DNA of 64,000 nt from Candidatus Levyibacteriota bacterium (GCA_036788695.1 DAIQMY010000001.1:150792-214791); one strand, 5' to 3'. Shown: positions 9,122-18,029, counted from the stretch's first letter. Program-made: numbers and translations. Notes: generated by a model from the sequence alone, not told the origin.

Positions 9122-9577
9122 TTATTGGCTAGTATTCCGAAGTGTAGGTATTTCAAACCCAGAAGTAAGGTAATTACCGGTAAAGATGTAAAGGACTGCG
9201 TTTATGATAACGTAGGCTAATATAACTATGATAAGTCCTACAATTGCTGCAACTATTGTAGAGCGTGCAGTATCAATTTTTCCTTTATCTCCGCCTGAAA
9301 GAATCCATCGAACGCCTCCATACAAAAGGAAAATAAGGGATAAAACAATTCCGATAATTATAATAGCGTTTATAATAAAAGCAATCAGTTGATTTGGTGA
9401 CACGTCAATATTCCCGATTGATTTAGGTGACTTAATTATTATAGGTTCAATATTCTGAGCAAATGCAGGGGTCGCTAGAACGGACATAAGAAGTGAGCCA
9501 AATGATACTGAGGCGGTATTTATTATTTTTTGCAAACTCATATGATTAATTAGAACATGTTTTTTTTTGCATGTCAA
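9122..9577 (-). CDS. T4SS pilin-like small membrane protein, paralog 2, with an N-terminal Sec-type signal peptide
   Basis: Core IFLLYGGVRWILSGGDKGKIDTARSTIVAAIVGLIIVIL. The track start at 9577 is TTG. An in-frame ATG at 9541 gives MSLQKIINTASVSFGSLLMSVLATPAFA-QN, a classic signal peptide. Confidence 0.6.
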   Translation of the reverse strand: MTCKKKHVLINHMSLQKIINTASVSFGSLLMSVLATPAFAQNIEPIIIKSPKSIGNIDVSPNQLIAFIINAIIIIGIVLSLIFLLYGGVRWILSGGDKGKIDTARSTIVAAIVGLIIVILAYVIINAVLYIFTGNYLTSGFEIPTLRNTSQ

Positions 9578-9583
9578 TAAGCG

Positions 9584-9913
9584 TTATTGTTTTCCTATGT
9601 CTTGTAGGACTTGCGCGCCCAGGAGTAAGCCCACAATTCTTACAATGATAAAGGATAGGAGGATAATAATAAGCCCTACTATTGCGTACGTGATAGTGCG
9701 TCTTGCGCGGTCCAGTTTTGCCTTATCTCCTTGAGACGTAATCCATAAAACTCCCGCGTATAAAAGAAAAATAAGAGACGCAATAATGCCTATGGTAACG
9801 AACAGTCCTAATCCGAAGTTAATAATATCAGATGGGGCGTTTGCGCCTGATGGGATATTTTCAGGTGTTTGCACGTCTCCATATCCGGGTATTTTTAAAG
9901 ATAAGTATTTCAT
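9584..9913 (-). CDS. T4SS pilin-like small membrane protein, paralog 1
   Basis: Core IFLLYAGVLWITSQGDKAKLDRARRTITYAIVGLIIILL. Its ATG directly abuts the stop of the upstream pilin-like frame (TAATATG). Confidence 0.6.
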   Translation of the reverse strand: MKYLSLKIPGYGDVQTPENIPSGANAPSDIINFGLGLFVTIGIIASLIFLLYAGVLWITSQGDKAKLDRARRTITYAIVGLIIILLSFIIVRIVGLLLGAQVLQDIGKQ

Positions 9914-9914
9914 A

Positions 9915-10401
9915 TTATTGAAAGCCTGGTATTCGCAAAATGTTTATACCTATAAACTCAAGTATCGCAATTGAGAGAATAATAAATATTAGTCCAGTGA
10001 TTGCTGCGGTTATTTGTTCCCGTGCTTGACCCACTTTTTCTTTGTTTCCCGCAGATGTCATGATGGTATATCCTGCGCGGATAAAGAAAAGGAGAGCTGC
10101 AACTCCTCCGATTGAGAGTACTATGGTAAAAATATCACGTACAAAAAATTGAGGCTCTGTGCTGATCTTTATTCCAAGTGCTGTTGGAATTTTTTTGCAA
10201 TACCCAGTTGTCTGATCTATATCTTGCTTATCGCAAAGCGCTCGGGGTTGAGACCATGGAATTGCAACTCCTAACTCTTTGCCATATGGATCTTTTATTG
10301 CTGTGCCTATTGTTCCTGTTTCTCCGCCGCTTGCTATTGTAAGCGGAATAAAGTAGTAGGTGAAATCGTTTTGTTCGCAGGTAAAAGTGTTTCCATTTTT
10401 T
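9915..10401 (-). CDS. Fourth T4SS pilin-like domain in an open frame of ~160 codons that lacks any ATG/GTG/TTG start; likely the C-terminal domain of a fusion with the upstream secreted protein via a -1 shift at an A8 tract, or else a pseudogene
   Basis: Manual translation of the minus strand gives ...KKIPTALGIKISTEPQFFVRDIFTIVLSIGGVAALLFFIRAGYTIMTSAGNKEKVGQAREQITAAITGLIFIILSIAILEFIGINILRIPGFQ*, which matches the pilin paralogs. The frame stays open upstream to a TAA at about 10423 and overlaps the last 20 codons of the 419-aa ORF in the -1 frame. The only in-frame Met lies inside the TM helix. Confidence 0.45.
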
Positions 10402-11557
10402 TTAAGTCCCGGCCGTCTTTAATTTTAAGAAGATATTTTCCTTCTGTAAGGGTTCCAAATACATATCCGTCGGCATCTTTTGATTCTGAACTGAGGAACA
10501 TATCTATCTCTCCTGTTCCATCTTCGGGTTTGGGGTTTGCGTTTACAACTAAGCATCTAGGCGCACTCTTGTAATCATTATCCAACCCTTCAACCTGTAG
10601 CCAATAATCATTATAAATATTTGAGTCCTTGCCTGATTTTATGTTTCTACCTTTTAAAATAATGGGTAGGGTGAATCCATTTTTTGTACTATTTGTATTT
10701 AGATTTGTGACAGTTTCCGCTTTTGGCTTTATAATCTCAGGGTAAAAGTGAGTTACGTAAAATACCGCATCCGCCTTTACATCATCAGGGCTTACGCTTT
10801 TACTATCTTTCCCCTGCGATAAATATACATGGTATGTTTTTCCTGCGTGAAACCAATCTCCAGAAGTGAACTGATTCGTTTCAGTACAGTCTTCTTTAAG
10901 TGTTTTTTCTCCATCCCCACACAACTTGCTTAGTATAACTATTCCGTCTCTTGGTTGCGCTTCTTGCCAGTCATCCTCCCCACAATCTTGAGGTTTACTT
11001 TTGAGGCAGTAGAAATATTTTGCGTTTTTAGTAGGATTGGAAAGATTAATAAATCGAACAGAAATATAAGGAACGCTTTCATCTATAAATGCTTGATTCG
11101 TTTTTGGATTTTTTGGAAGTCCTCTTGTTGCGCCCAGTCCCTTACAGATATAGTAAGATTCAGTAGTAATGCAGTCACTCAGGTTTGGATTATTAACTTC
11201 ATCTAAAAATCTGTCTTCGTCAGTTTTTCCCTCCTCGTTTGCACATGTACTTTCTGTAAAAAGAGTTGAATCATCAATTGTAATGGTAGATGTTCCTAAA
11301 GGTTTTTGTATTTTGCGATTTTGTGCCGGAATATCAAAGTACCTGCATAAATTTGTGCAGATATTGTCATCAGGGGGGACAAATGAGATGTCCTTTAAGG
11401 GCACTTCTTTCCCTTTAATAGTTTTAGTTACCAATTTTTGGGAAGAACATTCGCTTAGGTCTTGTCCGCTGAATTGAACACCCGTGGCGTATGTTGTAGC
11501 TGTTGTGAAAATTAAAAATAAGAAGAAGACAGGCAATAGCAGGAAAGTTTTCTTCAT
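10334..11557 (-). CDS. Secreted Cys-rich protein (about 407 aa from the internal ATG; the track ORF starts at a TTG at 11593); candidate pilus-associated adhesin
   Basis: Signal peptide MKKTFLLLPVFFLFLIFTTATTYATG. Numerous Cys residues suggest disulfide-rich extracellular domains. The 3' end contains the A8 tract (plus-strand T run 10396-10403) where a -1 shift joins the downstream pilin frame. Confidence 0.55.
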   Translation of the reverse strand: MKKTFLLLPVFFLFLIFTTATTYATGVQFSGQDLSECSSQKLVTKTIKGKEVPLKDISFVPPDDNICTNLCRYFDIPAQNRKIQKPLGTSTITIDDSTLFTESTCANEEGKTDEDRFLDEVNNPNLSDCITTESYYICKGLGATRGLPKNPKTNQAFIDESVPYISVRFINLSNPTKNAKYFYCLKSKPQDCGEDDWQEAQPRDGIVILSKLCGDGEKTLKEDCTETNQFTSGDWFHAGKTYHVYLSQGKDSKSVSPDDVKADAVFYVTHFYPEIIKPKAETVTNLNTNSTKNGFTLPIILKGRNIKSGKDSNIYNDYWLQVEGLDNDYKSAPRCLVVNANPKPEDGTGEIDMFLSSESKDADGYVFGTLTEGKYLLKIKDGRDLKKMETLLPANKTISPTTLFRLQ

Positions 11558-11598
11558 ATAACTATCATAGGAGGTTTTTTGCTCTAAAGTCAAGAAAT

Positions 11599-12930
11599 TT
11601 ATGGAAGAAAGCGGTATCCTCTACCTTTTATAGTAGTAAGATGTGTCGGGTTGTTTGGGTCTTCTTCAATCTTTCGTCTGACTCTGTATATGATTTGATC
11701 AAGTGCTTGGTCGGTCACGCCCTCACGTGTCTTTTCATCTGACCATACAGACTCTATTATTTCCTCTTTTGTACACACCTTATCAGTGTTTTGAATTAAA
11801 AACCGTAACAGTTTAAATTCTGATGGTGAGAGTATATCCGTTAGCGACTCGTTCCCTGCTTTTATTTCTTGAGTATCTGTGTCAAATGTTATTTTCTCAG
11901 TTGCGGGGTGTGGAAAGTGGGACAGATTTTTTTCAAATAAAGGAATTTGAATTTCTCCGTTCTGAACAAGATAAGAGTATTGCAGAAAAGAATCTTTTGG
12001 AGTATCTTTTGGGGATTTGAGAAGTATTTTTTGCTCAATTGGTATAAGCGAATTCCATATTTCAGTCAAAGCTCCTTGAATTGCAGCTTTTGAAAGTAAA
12101 AAAGTTGCCATATCCGCGTGCTTTCCCTCTTGAGCAAGCACAGTTTCAAGGGCTATTCTGGATAATTTTCCATGTCCCCCTGTAAGTTTTATAATTTCTT
12201 TGTGCGTTGCAGGACTAACCGTTCTTCCGCTCGTTTTCTCAAGATAGGCAAAGCGGAAAGCATTCGCCTCAGCGTCACAAAGGGGAAGGAAAACGTGGTT
12301 TCCTACGACAAATTCATAGAAATCCCCGTATATGCTAGGTTCCAATAACTCCTCAAGCGGTCGTTCTAGGGAGAAAACGCAAGAAAATCTATATTTTGCC
12401 CTATTTCGTAAAACATGCAAATCTGTAAAAAAAGAAGAACTTATCTGTGGGAAATAGGTGTCAAATCTATCAAAGAGAAGAACTACGGTTAGCTCCCGCT
12501 CTATAGACAAATAGTCTATGGCACGTTTTAACGCCTGAAAAAGTATTAATTCATCCTGAAAAGAAATCGCCTCCTTGAGAATGTTGTTTACCGCCTCTTG
12601 TTCTTCCTCCATCTTCCGTTCTGAAAAAGAGTAGGAAAGGGAGATAAGAATAAATTTTATTAGTTCGTAAAAATTTCTTCCCTTAATCTCTGATAGATCC
12701 ATATAGACAAAGTGGTACCATTTATAGTTTTCTCCTAGGTGAAGAACGCGCAAGGGATTATTGTAGGCTAAAAGCCGCAAGACGTTTGAACGACCAACTC
12801 CAGGAAGGCCGACAACTTGCGCGGAGTTTCCCTTTTGAACGTATGAGAGAATTTTATCTATCTCATGTGTCCTGGAGGATGGAGGATAAAGAGAGTCAAA
12901 ATGCATGGGTTCTGAGGCTAAAGTAGTCAT
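11599..12930 (-). CDS. Putative transcriptional regulator: N-terminal P-loop NTPase-like domain (AAA/STAND-like) plus C-terminal OmpR/PhoB-type winged-helix DNA-binding domain
   Basis: P-loop-like VVGLPGVGRSNVL. C-terminus TKEEIIESVWSDEKTREGVTDQALDQIIYRVRRKIEEDPNNPTHLTTIKGRGYRF matches the trans_reg_C winged-helix signature (W...V.V.I.RLR.K...........I.TV.G.GYR). Confidence 0.55.
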   Translation of the reverse strand: MTTLASEPMHFDSLYPPSSRTHEIDKILSYVQKGNSAQVVGLPGVGRSNVLRLLAYNNPLRVLHLGENYKWYHFVYMDLSEIKGRNFYELIKFILISLSYSFSERKMEEEQEAVNNILKEAISFQDELILFQALKRAIDYLSIERELTVVLLFDRFDTYFPQISSSFFTDLHVLRNRAKYRFSCVFSLERPLEELLEPSIYGDFYEFVVGNHVFLPLCDAEANAFRFAYLEKTSGRTVSPATHKEIIKLTGGHGKLSRIALETVLAQEGKHADMATFLLSKAAIQGALTEIWNSLIPIEQKILLKSPKDTPKDSFLQYSYLVQNGEIQIPLFEKNLSHFPHPATEKITFDTDTQEIKAGNESLTDILSPSEFKLLRFLIQNTDKVCTKEEIIESVWSDEKTREGVTDQALDQIIYRVRRKIEEDPNNPTHLTTIKGRGYRFLP

Positions 12931-13003
12931 ATGTTAGTTAATTGTAAGCTTCTTATAAGGATAATATCAAGTTTGAAGGTGCATCTTCCCCTATACTTGC
13001 CTC

Positions 13004-16000
13004 ATGAATGAAAGATTTTTGCCACAAGAATTGACAGCAGGAAGGGTATCTTCTACACTTAATGTAAGGAGTACTATGCCAGAGCCACAAAAAGAAGAAC
13101 CTATTGTTCTCAAAAAAAATGAAGTGCATCCTCCCAGGATAAGTAATTCTCCACGACCAGAATCAATACAAGAGCTTATGCAAAGTCAGGCAGAACGTGA
13201 GGCGGCACGAGCCATAATGGAAGAGGCTCGGAAGCAAGGAAAAACATTATCTGAGGATGAAAAAAAAATGATTCTTGCTTCAGGAATTAAATTTCCTATT
13301 TTTGGAGGCGCTGATGTGCCAGAAAATGATTCTTATAATCCAGACAGTGAAGACAGTGAAGAAAACCAGGGCGGAGAGGTTATAAGAAGGGGTTTTGAGC
13401 TGCGACCCCCACGTGATCACGCCCATAACCCGCAACTCCTTGATGAGATAGAAAAATTTAATAGGGTAGCTGAGTTGGGTGTTGATTTTGATGATCTCAA
13501 ACGCGAGGCAGATAAAATCATGAATCTTCAGTCGTTAGACCCAAACAATCCGATTACATCTGAGCAAAGACAAGACCTTATAAGACAGCTTTCTAAGAAA
13601 GGACAAGAGATTGCGGAAGCAAGAATGAATAATCCAGACAGGTTTGGTTTTTACCTTGAAACCCAAGACTTACGAGAATTGGATGATGATCCTATAGCAT
13701 GGCTAGATTCTCAATTTGGTCAAATATACAATTTGTCTAGATTGGGGAATGAGTTAGATTCTCCCGCTTTGCAGCGTGCGCAGACAGAAGTACAAGAAGC
13801 ATCTGCATATCTCCTGAAGAGATTTGGAAAATTCAGAAAAGAGGGGATTAAAAATGCCAAAGACGTTGATCAGGCAAATCAGGATAGTAAGTTGTTGTTG
13901 GAATTTAATGAAACATTTATGATCAGGTTAAACCTCATTTTTGCCAGAACAGCAATTGATCAAAGAAATATGGAGCAAATACAGGGCGCAGTTGGAAGAC
14001 TAAGAACTTTAGGTTTTGCCGGAGCCCAAGCTTTTGACAATGGAGCAGTTGGTGCTATGTATAACCGTATGGAGGCGATGCTTGGGAATTTGCGGCTTGC
14101 AGAAGGTGGGCGTGAGCATCACCTTAATCCTATGTCTTTAAACAAGTTGCAGGAAAGAACTATAGACGAGCAGATAAAACTTGCAAAAGAAGGCGTAGGT
14201 ATATTTGCCGATAGATATAAGGATATCCTGTTGGATCCAAAGAAACGGTTGAATGCTGATGACGTATTAAAACGCGAGATAATCAGGTCTGTTAGAACAG
14301 CATACGATATTTTAGTTGTATCCCAGAGAGTAGCAATAGTTGCCGCTCGCGGTAATTATAGAGGAGACAGGCAGCAGTACTTCTCTGATAATGGTGGTGC
14401 TTTTGCTGTATTTAACTTGGAACAAATGACTATTAATAAGTGGGACCTATTAAATCATGAGGAGCAGGAGTTCTTTGATTTTCTCAAGCTTGACATGGCT
14501 ATTAATAATAAAAAAGGAGTAGATGTATCCGGGTTGACGCGTGAACAATTATTAGACTTAGGAGGAAGGCTATTTAGGGATCTGTATGTAGTTCCTGATT
14601 TTTATTCATCATCCTGGAGAATGAATGGAATGAGGGATCAGTTGGGGAGGGTAATTCAGTATAGGGCTGAAAACGACAAAATGATTGAGAAGTTGATAGA
14701 AGATCCTAATTTTACTCCCGCTGATGAAAGACTAGTGGAGTTGCAACGGCAAATGAGGGCAGACAAAGAAAGTTATATGAAGGCATGGGATGAGCGTAAT
14801 CCTTCAAATAGAATATTGCCGGGAGATCGCGAAATTGCGCAAAGACAATTTTCCCGCCAAATGTTTGAGAAAGTCTTAACCCGTGACCAAAGAGAGCTAT
14901 GCCTGAGAGTTCTGACACCGGACGACATGATGGATGTTATAAATGTTGCAATAAAAAAAGCCGGTACGCAGTTAGGAAAAGAGGTTGGAGACTTTGCTCT
15001 GTTTGTACAGTTGAAGCAAAGTTTGGGACATTTAGGACATCGCTCTGGATCACCGGAAGATATACGTAAAGAGACACGTAACTACAGGACTGAAGTTTGG
15101 GAAAAGATTCAAAAATTTAAAACAGAGGATGTTATACAGTTGATAAGAGGTCGGGCACGACCAGATATATACACGGAAGACTACAATAACTTGCGTGAGT
15201 TATATACGCTTTTTGAGAAAAATGATCCAGAATTGGGAGTACTAACTAATGAGCAGAAAGAATTGCAAAAAACGGGGGGCATAGAAGCATTTCATACATA
15301 TGATAGGTTTATTGAGAAATACGGTTCAGTAATTCAGGCAGTACGTCAAGACGCAATGCGAAACAGCTTAACTGGTCCAGAGCAGGTAGATATGACCAAT
15401 CTAAACCCTCGACAGATTGAAATGGTTAACAGAATGCTAGGGAATGGAGCAGCGGTTACTCTCCAAAATATCTATAAGGACATGAACAAATTTATAAATC
15501 GTCACGGTATTGTCAAGGAACTTGTGACAAGCCATAAGTACATAGATCTTTACAATAGAGTAATAAACGTAGAGGATGTAATGCTTGACACATTAGAATC
15601 AATACCTGAAAACGCGAGCTTCCAGAAGTTATCAGATTATTTCACTGCAGAGTCAGGAGCAGATGCCTTAAAACGAAACTTTAATGATATAGGAAATGCG
15701 GTGAATGCAGGGAACGCATTTATTAAATTTATCACAACTGAAGACAAGGAAGGAAGATTTAAAGAATCCAAAGTTATGAAAGGCGCTGTGGAGGCGTATA
15801 ATGGTCGCGGAAACGGTGCTGAAGTTATGCGATTTACCTATGGAACAGAATTATTATATTCTCTGCAGTACTATTGGGTTAATATGTTGCGTTTAGGTGC
15901 ACTTCCGTTAAGAAAGCCAACCTCAGTGAAGCAGGAGCATTATGGAATTGGAGCAAAATCCTTAACCAGAGAAGATGTCCGTGGAGATTTGGATCATCAC

Positions 16001-16195
16001 AAAACAGAATTTGTAGGACGAGGAGCAGATGCTGATCAGTGGTTTGTCCAATTAGAGGAGCTAACAGGGACAGATATGGAATCTACAATGAAGAGAAATG
16101 CGCTAACACTTCTGATATATGCGTTCTTGGGGATAGTGGTAGGAGCGCCGGTTGGGGCTGCGGCAGCAGCACTGGCAGGAGCGCAGAAAGGATAA
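13004..16195 (+). CDS. Very large hypothetical protein (1063 aa), charged and mostly helical, with an extreme C-terminal hydrophobic tail (LLIYAFLGIVVGAPVGAAAAALAGA); unknown function
   Basis: Uninterrupted 3.2 kb ORF with ATG start, divergent from the regulator gene. No recognisable enzymatic motif. Confidence 0.55.
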   Translation: MNERFLPQELTAGRVSSTLNVRSTMPEPQKEEPIVLKKNEVHPPRISNSPRPESIQELMQSQAEREAARAIMEEARKQGKTLSEDEKKMILASGIKFPIFGGADVPENDSYNPDSEDSEENQGGEVIRRGFELRPPRDHAHNPQLLDEIEKFNRVAELGVDFDDLKREADKIMNLQSLDPNNPITSEQRQDLIRQLSKKGQEIAEARMNNPDRFGFYLETQDLRELDDDPIAWLDSQFGQIYNLSRLGNELDSPALQRAQTEVQEASAYLLKRFGKFRKEGIKNAKDVDQANQDSKLLLEFNETFMIRLNLIFARTAIDQRNMEQIQGAVGRLRTLGFAGAQAFDNGAVGAMYNRMEAMLGNLRLAEGGREHHLNPMSLNKLQERTIDEQIKLAKEGVGIFADRYKDILLDPKKRLNADDVLKREIIRSVRTAYDILVVSQRVAIVAARGNYRGDRQQYFSDNGGAFAVFNLEQMTINKWDLLNHEEQEFFDFLKLDMAINNKKGVDVSGLTREQLLDLGGRLFRDLYVVPDFYSSSWRMNGMRDQLGRVIQYRAENDKMIEKLIEDPNFTPADERLVELQRQMRADKESYMKAWDERNPSNRILPGDREIAQRQFSRQMFEKVLTRDQRELCLRVLTPDDMMDVINVAIKKAGTQLGKEVGDFALFVQLKQSLGHLGHRSGSPEDIRKETRNYRTEVWEKIQKFKTEDVIQLIRGRARPDIYTEDYNNLRELYTLFEKNDPELGVLTNEQKELQKTGGIEAFHTYDRFIEKYGSVIQAVRQDAMRNSLTGPEQVDMTNLNPRQIEMVNRMLGNGAAVTLQNIYKDMNKFINRHGIVKELVTSHKYIDLYNRVINVEDVMLDTLESIPENASFQKLSDYFTAESGADALKRNFNDIGNAVNAGNAFIKFITTEDKEGRFKESKVMKGAVEAYNGRGNGAEVMRFTYGTELLYSLQYYWVNMLRLGALPLRKPTSVKQEHYGIGAKSLTREDVRGDLDHHKTEFVGRGADADQWFVQLEELTGTDMESTMKRNALTLLIYAFLGIVVGAPVGAAAAALAGAQKG

Positions 16196-16207
16196 AACAT
16201 AAAAATT

Positions 16208-17932
16208 TTATCTTCCAAGCATTCCTTTAAAGAATTTTTTCGCTCCTCCAATAGCTTCAGGTGTGGTTGATCCGGCTTTATATTCTGCCTTTGCTCCAAA
16301 CGCCATTTCTTTGACACCACTAATACCTTTTCCTCCTACTGCCTGGGAAGCGCCAAAGGATGTCCTAATATCTTTTAGTCCAAAGTCCATAGCGCCAACT
16401 GCCTTTCGGGTTCTATCAAGTATACTTGGCATGGATATGATAAAGCCAAAGCCTATAAATGCCGCTATAGCAGGACTTCCGCCGACCGCGTCACCTATAA
16501 GCGGAGGAGAGAAGAGCCCACCTTGACTTCCTACGTTGCTCATAATTGTTTTCCCAAGTAATATTACGCCAAACGCCATAGGAAAAACTGATAAATGGCC
16601 CATGAGATGCCGTATCCAACTAGAAAATCCTAATTTACTTCCCGGAAATATTCCAGCAGTTATCCAGAGGGGAGCAACTATTACATCTATGAGAACATAG
16701 ATAAAAGATTTTATAAGCGTAAACCATACGCGGAACAATGAGAATATAATAGCAATGAGTATTATTAAAAATGTAACAATAGTAAAAAGGCTGATAATCG
16801 CTGCCCTGAAGAACGATTCAACAAAATTACACCCTCCTCCCGCAAACAACCCTCCTATGGGCGTATCCCTTAGCCATCCTCCCAATCCTGGCACATATCC
16901 CAATGCTCCTACGCCCGCTGTGACCCCAATTTTCCCTAGATCTACGACTCCACACCCAATAGAGCTGACGGCATTAAAGGGGGTGAAGAAGACCTGGAAA
17001 AAAGATGAGATGGTAGACTCTAAAAAGTCTATTGAGATATTTCCTAAAACCTTGCTAATGCCCCAGGAAGTTTGCCCGGCGATCCCTATAATTCCGGGAA
17101 TATGATTTATACCGCTCAGATTTGGTGTGTCTATACTAAATGATTTGTTTACTACGCCAAATACGGTAGAGGAGGTGCTAACATTTGTTGGTATAAGACT
17201 ATTAAATGTTAGAATAACAAGATAAAGGGTCACATACATAAAATCTATAAGAAGTCCGGCGATTGCGTAAGAAAAAGTGACTAAAATAAGCGCTATTATC
17301 ATTTTGGGGATTTGGTTTTGAATACTCATAACCGTACGTGCATCAATTTTTACCCTGAACATAATTGCAAGTCCCACAATAGTAAACCCTAAAACAAAGG
17401 CGAGGTATGCAATATCTCTAAATCGTGCCCATATTCCAACAAGCGGTCGTAACCTGTCAAATCCTACTCCGTTTTCTTTAGGGTCATTCTCTGCGTAAGC
17501 GCTGCGTGCTACGCCAAAGTTTCCTGCCATATATGCTGCGTAGTCCACTCCGGATACTGGTAGAGTAAAGGTTTCACCTATAAGTCTTCCCATGACCTGT
17601 GTTGCTCCTCCTCCTTGGGCCTCATATCCTATTTGTCCACTTTTTAGATCTACCCCCAAACAGGTTTTTTTTGGGTCTAGAGGGTTATATCCTGAAAGCA
17701 CGCAGACTGTGCTTGCTAGTGTATTGATGAGTGTCGCTTGAGTAAGCGTATTAAGATTTTGAGGAACTTGAGGGTTAACATTTCCATACAGCATTTGATT
17801 ATTCATTGTTGCGACAGTTGGATAGGTAGTTGCAGAAGGAGTAATTATGGGTGCTTGAGCAAGAATGGGTTTTATACTGCTTGCAATAAGAAAGAAGACA
17901 AGAACGTACAGAATATGTTTTAGTTTTCTCAT
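16208..17932 (-). CDS. Polytopic membrane protein, VirB6/TrbL-like candidate, with a signal peptide and an N-terminal extracytoplasmic domain followed by at least six TM helices
   Basis: Internal ATG at 17932 gives signal peptide MRKLKHILYVLVFFLIASSIKPILAQA (the track start at 17977 is TTG). Multiple long hydrophobic helices and Gly-rich loops, and its position in a T4SS-like island. Family assignment is by architecture and context only. Confidence 0.4.
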   Translation of the reverse strand: MRKLKHILYVLVFFLIASSIKPILAQAPIITPSATTYPTVATMNNQMLYGNVNPQVPQNLNTLTQATLINTLASTVCVLSGYNPLDPKKTCLGVDLKSGQIGYEAQGGGATQVMGRLIGETFTLPVSGVDYAAYMAGNFGVARSAYAENDPKENGVGFDRLRPLVGIWARFRDIAYLAFVLGFTIVGLAIMFRVKIDARTVMSIQNQIPKMIIALILVTFSYAIAGLLIDFMYVTLYLVILTFNSLIPTNVSTSSTVFGVVNKSFSIDTPNLSGINHIPGIIGIAGQTSWGISKVLGNISIDFLESTISSFFQVFFTPFNAVSSIGCGVVDLGKIGVTAGVGALGYVPGLGGWLRDTPIGGLFAGGGCNFVESFFRAAIISLFTIVTFLIILIAIIFSLFRVWFTLIKSFIYVLIDVIVAPLWITAGIFPGSKLGFSSWIRHLMGHLSVFPMAFGVILLGKTIMSNVGSQGGLFSPPLIGDAVGGSPAIAAFIGFGFIISMPSILDRTRKAVGAMDFGLKDIRTSFGASQAVGGKGISGVKEMAFGAKAEYKAGSTTPEAIGGAKKFFKGMLGR

Positions 17933-18029
17933 AGGGCAGGTAGTTTTAGTATGGCTCAAAAAGCAACAAAAAGTCAAGGAATATATAAGTAGGGGTTTTT
18001 ATTGACAACTATATATAAAACAGGGTATC

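Noticed and set aside
10230-10257. ATG at 10257 as the start of the fourth pilin
   Set aside because: That frame hits TAA after nine codons (MVSTPSALR*). It is a different frame from the pilin core.
16263-17105. Plus-strand ORFs 16263-16526 and 16755-17105, and several other 60-120 aa ORFs antisense to long genes (for example 3376-3573, 7384-7581, 14712-14918, 20413-20622, 27173-27460, 29325-29829, 44421-44603, 48773-49012)
   Set aside because: Each is fully contained in the opposite strand of a longer gene with clear homology-type motifs. They are typical antisense shadows.
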